A stretch of 38,888 nucleotides of DNA. It comes from Nemertoderma westbladi (Eukaryota; Animalia; Xenacoelomorpha). The notes beneath the pieces are model-generated. The model saw only the letters and a program-made list of their open reading frames with translations, searched no databases and was not told where the DNA came from. Position numbers and translations under genes: made by a program. Shown one piece after another: positions 35,162 through 38,888 of the stretch; within the stretch, counting starts at the first letter, position 1, and each line of letters opens with the position of its first letter. Where the stretch lies: positions 1 through 38,888 of the forward strand of contig JAUCBJ010003784.1 in assembly GCA_032718475.1 (NCBI GenBank), in the 5' to 3' direction.

Positions 35162-35480
35162 GCGTGTTGGCTCGGTTCAGCACGTTAGAATAGATCTATT
35201 GCTACGCAGTAGGGCGTGTTGGCTCGGTTCAGGGCGTTAGAATAGATCTATTGCTACGCAGTAGGGCGTGTTGGCTTGGTTCAGGGCGTTAGAATAGATC
35301 TATTGCTACGCAGTAGGGCGTGTTGGCTTGGTTCAGGGCGTTAGAATAGATCTATTGCTACGCAGTAGGGCGTGTTGGCTTGGTTCAGGGCGTTAGAATA
35401 GATCTATTGCTACGCAGTAGGGCGTGTTGGCTTGGTTCAGGGCGTTAGAATAGATCTATTGCTACGCAGTAGGGCGTGTT
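35162..35480. repeat. 52-bp tandem repeat, 6 copies plus a partial
   Basis: GCGTGTTGGCTYGGTTCAGGGCGTTAGAATAGATCTATTGCTACGCAGTAGG at 35162, 35214, 35266, 35318, 35370 and 35422. Confidence 0.95.
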
Positions 35481-35744
35481 TGTTAGCGCATTTGATAAAA
35501 TATGTTCTTTCACTCTCAATTTTCATATATTGTGACTTCTTCCTGTTACTTAATAAACCATACAAAATTGAAGGCAAAATATCCGGTCTGATACAATGAG
35601 CGGAATGGTGCTAGTATACCTTCAACGAAGGGCCGCTCCCTGGATCGATTTAAGTTACCCCTTTTTCTTCTTATGTATTGATTTGCCCTATATTTTATTT
35701 AGTTCGATATGGTATTTGATCATTTATTATATTTAACTAGTATA

Positions 35745-38700
35745 CAGTACATGCACCACATAAGTCTGTAAGTGCTAACGCGGGATTTCCTTGGTAAAGT
35801 GACACCATACCAGTGATTTCTGAAAGTACCAATGTGCTAACTCAGTAACAGACTTTAGCAACATTTAGCAACACCAATTCTGCACCACCCGCAAGAGGGC
35901 TCAAGTGTTCTAAAGTGCTAACTTACTAAAAACACCAATAACAATAGTAATATTAGCAAAGTTAGGAGTTTGAAGTGATGGTATCTGTATATCTTGGAAG
36001 ATAATGATTAGGTGTTTTTGTGTTGAATATTTCAAGACACCACACCTCATAAAATGCTAACTCATTATTCGTTCTTTGGGATGTGAAAGGAAATTGAATA
36101 TATTATAATATTAATTATGTAATCATTGGGGGGTGGGGAGGTGTACACACCAAATTTTATACTACCAAGTTTTTGCTAATTTCATTTGTGAAAATGTTCT
36201 CAAACATATAAAATATGTTAAATTAAAATATTTTATGACGTTCTATATTTTTCATTTTCAAAATAAAATAGAGAATCCTAAAAAAATGTTCTCCTTTTTA
36301 AACAATAGAACATACATTTCTGCATTTCCAATCGCTGATTTATCAGGATACCAAAGGGGGGGTCAGAACCTTAATGCGCATATAAGACAATGAATGCTTG
36401 TATTTATGGATGTACAGTATGTTACCACTATATGATTTCTGCTGACTGGAATTATTTATTTCTGAAACACATTGTCATCTATATTGTGATCTATGGCTGA
36501 TTAAAAAGCAATAAACACAATAAACGCAATAAATAGAATGCTGTGCCGGCTTGACGACAAAATTGAGCCACCACAACTCCCTATCACCCATGACATTTGC
36601 TAGATCATCCGAATCTTCAAGGCCAGTGTCCTTTAAGATGCGTCTCAAGAAAGTCATGGGCTGTCCACCATGCTTATTCACTGCATGATGCTACCAAAGA
36701 ACAAGATTATGCACTGACTGGTCCACACGGCGAAAGCAATGTCTTGCAAAGCGGAGGCGGGTTTCGAAGGCGTTTTCGGAGGCGTTCTAGTGTCAAGCCT
36801 GGGGGAACCAATGAGACACCTCCAATGTTATATTGTGTCTGGTTGGAGATGTGTGGATTGTACTTGACACAGTGAACCCGGCGTAGCATTCTTGTGAATG
36901 TGCCATCCAAAGATTAGGTGTCCTCAGCAGTTAGAGCCCAGCATGGACTCCCATAGAGGAGTACTGGAACTACTGCTGCTCTAAATAATCGTACCTTAAG
37001 ATTCCCATTAATTCTATGTGACTTCCAAATCATGGAAAGCCTATTCAAGGCTGCCCATGCCTTTCCCTTGCGTATTCGAAGGTCTCGCCTGACCTCCGGA
37101 ACCATGAACCCTGGTGACAGAAGTCGTCCACATGCTCAAGCATACCATCCTTTGAGCTTATGCTCATCCGGTCAGAGACTTCCTGATGACTTTCATAGTT
37201 AACTGTCAAAATTTTGGTCATTTTTGGAGTTAATAAAAAGACCAACACTAGAAGCAGCATGTTCTAATGAGCTGAGGAGCCCTTGGGCTCCCTCTAATGA
37301 TTCTGAGAGTACTCCTAAGTCATCAGCAAAGTCTAGATCAGTTAGGTACTTGGCAGGATTTCCTCGACTTCTGGAGCCAGTAGGTGGAGTTATCATCACC
37401 CCATCATCATTATGATGATCTAAGGACATGCGTAGAACATAGTCAACCACAATAATGAATAAGAATGGTGCAAGTGTGTCTCCTTGGAGGACGCCCCATA
37501 ACACTTCAAATGGTTCTGTGTCACCGTCAACAGTAGACACAAATGTTGTCGAACCATCGTATACTGATCTGATTGCTGCAATAATTTCATCAGGAATCCC
37601 ATATAATGAAAGTATGCTGAACATACGTGAGCGAGAGACTGAATAAAAGGCCTTGAATAAGTCAACAAAGATAACAGCCAGATGCCTGTCTTTCTTTTTT
37701 GATCAATCTCTTCAATTATCCTTCGAAGTACCAAAATGGGCTCCATGGTCTCACGACCTTTAAGGAACCCATTCTGATTTCCAAGGAGCAGTCTCTCAAT
37801 GGGATCCAGAGGGATCAATGGGATCTAGATAAGCTTTAAACACTCAGGTATTTTAAAGACCTCAGGGGGAACACCATCTACTCCACTACTGGCACGATTG
37901 GTCTTAAAGCTCTTTGCAGCAGCCTTCACTTCTGCAAAGGAGATATCGCCAATGGGAATATCTGGGAGTACATACTCAGAACACTTTTACTTCTTTAAAG
38001 TTATCAGGCGATACCCTGTCATTGAATTAAATACACTGCATTCCGGGACATGGCTTATTGGTTTTATGTATGTATTTAGAGAGGTTTAAAGTTTTGACCT
38101 CGAAAAGACCAAGAATAGCAGCAAAAAAAAAACTTGTAGCAATTTACGTTATAGCAGTATATGTAAAAAATAAAATTTGAGATTGCCCGAAATTTGACAT
38201 ACAGAATGACCTCTCTATTTTCTGGAAAAGGAAACTTATTGCAAGGATTAAGGATTTAGAATAATATATAATTATGAGAATAAATTAATTAATGGTTGTG
38301 ATTATGTGCCATATTATTGAATGCTTTTAAGAAATCCATGAATTAGTTGCAAAGACATAGACGTTTAATATATGAATTGAATAGGCCTAATGTTAGCACT
38401 TTATGCTTTCTGTTGGCCGGTATTATTCATTTCAGAAACTCATAATCTCCTCTTGTGATCTCGGCTTGATTAATAATCAATTTATTTCAATTTTAGTTAT
38501 AAAACGCTAACATCTGGTCTGGCTTGCTATGCAATCAATAATTATACAACAAAATTAGCCTTAAAAAGCTAACATTTCGAATATGTCTTATGGAGAAACT
38601 CTATAGTGCTAACAGTTAGCACTTTACCTTTTTCAATAATTCTGAATCTGGTCGCTAGGGGGCAGTTGTTAAAATTTGTTGCTATTTGACGTTTTTAATT

Positions 38701-38888
38701 TGTGCTTGCAAAGTGGTCAAACTGCTAACACTTCGAAATGAGCCAATCGGAACCTGGAATTGTAGTCAACTTGTCTTAACAAATTTTTTTCAGGCAGTGT
38801 TAGCACTTTAGGTTAGCACTTTAAAACAGTTAGCACTTTACCATTGCAGGACTGCTGTTTGTTAGCACTTTAGTACTTCTAAAAACAG
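35745..38888. mobile_element. Probable DNA-transposon derivative with inverted clusters of AAGTGCTAAC subterminal motifs, hosting the RTE insertion; right end not seen
   Basis: AAGTGCTAAC-like motifs forward at 35770, 35832 and 35913. Reverse GTTAGCACTT at 38392, 38615, 38799, 38812, 38829 and 38861. Confidence 0.4.
36530..37980 (-). pseudogene. Decayed, 5'-truncated RTE-clade LINE reverse transcriptase region with multiple frameshifts
   Basis: NQNGFLKGR, LRRIIEE, YGIPDEII, GVLQGDTLAPFLFIIVVD, LDFADDL, IRKGKAWAALNRL..IWKS, KVRLFRAAVVPVLLYG and DGTFTRMLRRV, spread over several frames. Confidence 0.9.

Overview
Repeat-rich eukaryotic DNA, probably from an invertebrate animal (spliceosomal introns, LINEs, a SINE, DNA transposons, satellites). 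No prokaryotic features were seen. Positions 1-~6615 are the 3' half of a BEL/Pao LTR retrotransposon. Its integrase carries one in-frame stop, followed by a ~23-copy mini-hairpin array and an intact 849-aa extra ORF. That ORF has a DEDDy-type (WRN/EXD2/Mut-7-like) 3'-5' exonuclease-like domain plus three CCHC zinc knuckles, and is followed by a PPT and 3' LTR. This cargo ORF is the most notable item. Next come a 5'-truncated L2/CR1 LINE split by an inverted-repeat insertion, a 10-bp minisatellite, and a complete 2958-bp Kolobok-type transposon (17-bp perfect TIRs, TTAA TSD, one frameshift). One minus-strand host gene can be reconstructed: 4 coding exons, 763 aa, with an N-terminal CFAP97/Hemingway domain, a long disordered tail and an X-box-like upstream site. 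Its introns hold a 28-bp minisatellite built from its own splice donor and a 6.4-kb 47-bp satellite. A decayed RTE LINE ends the window. All family assignments are by motif recognition; no database searches were run.
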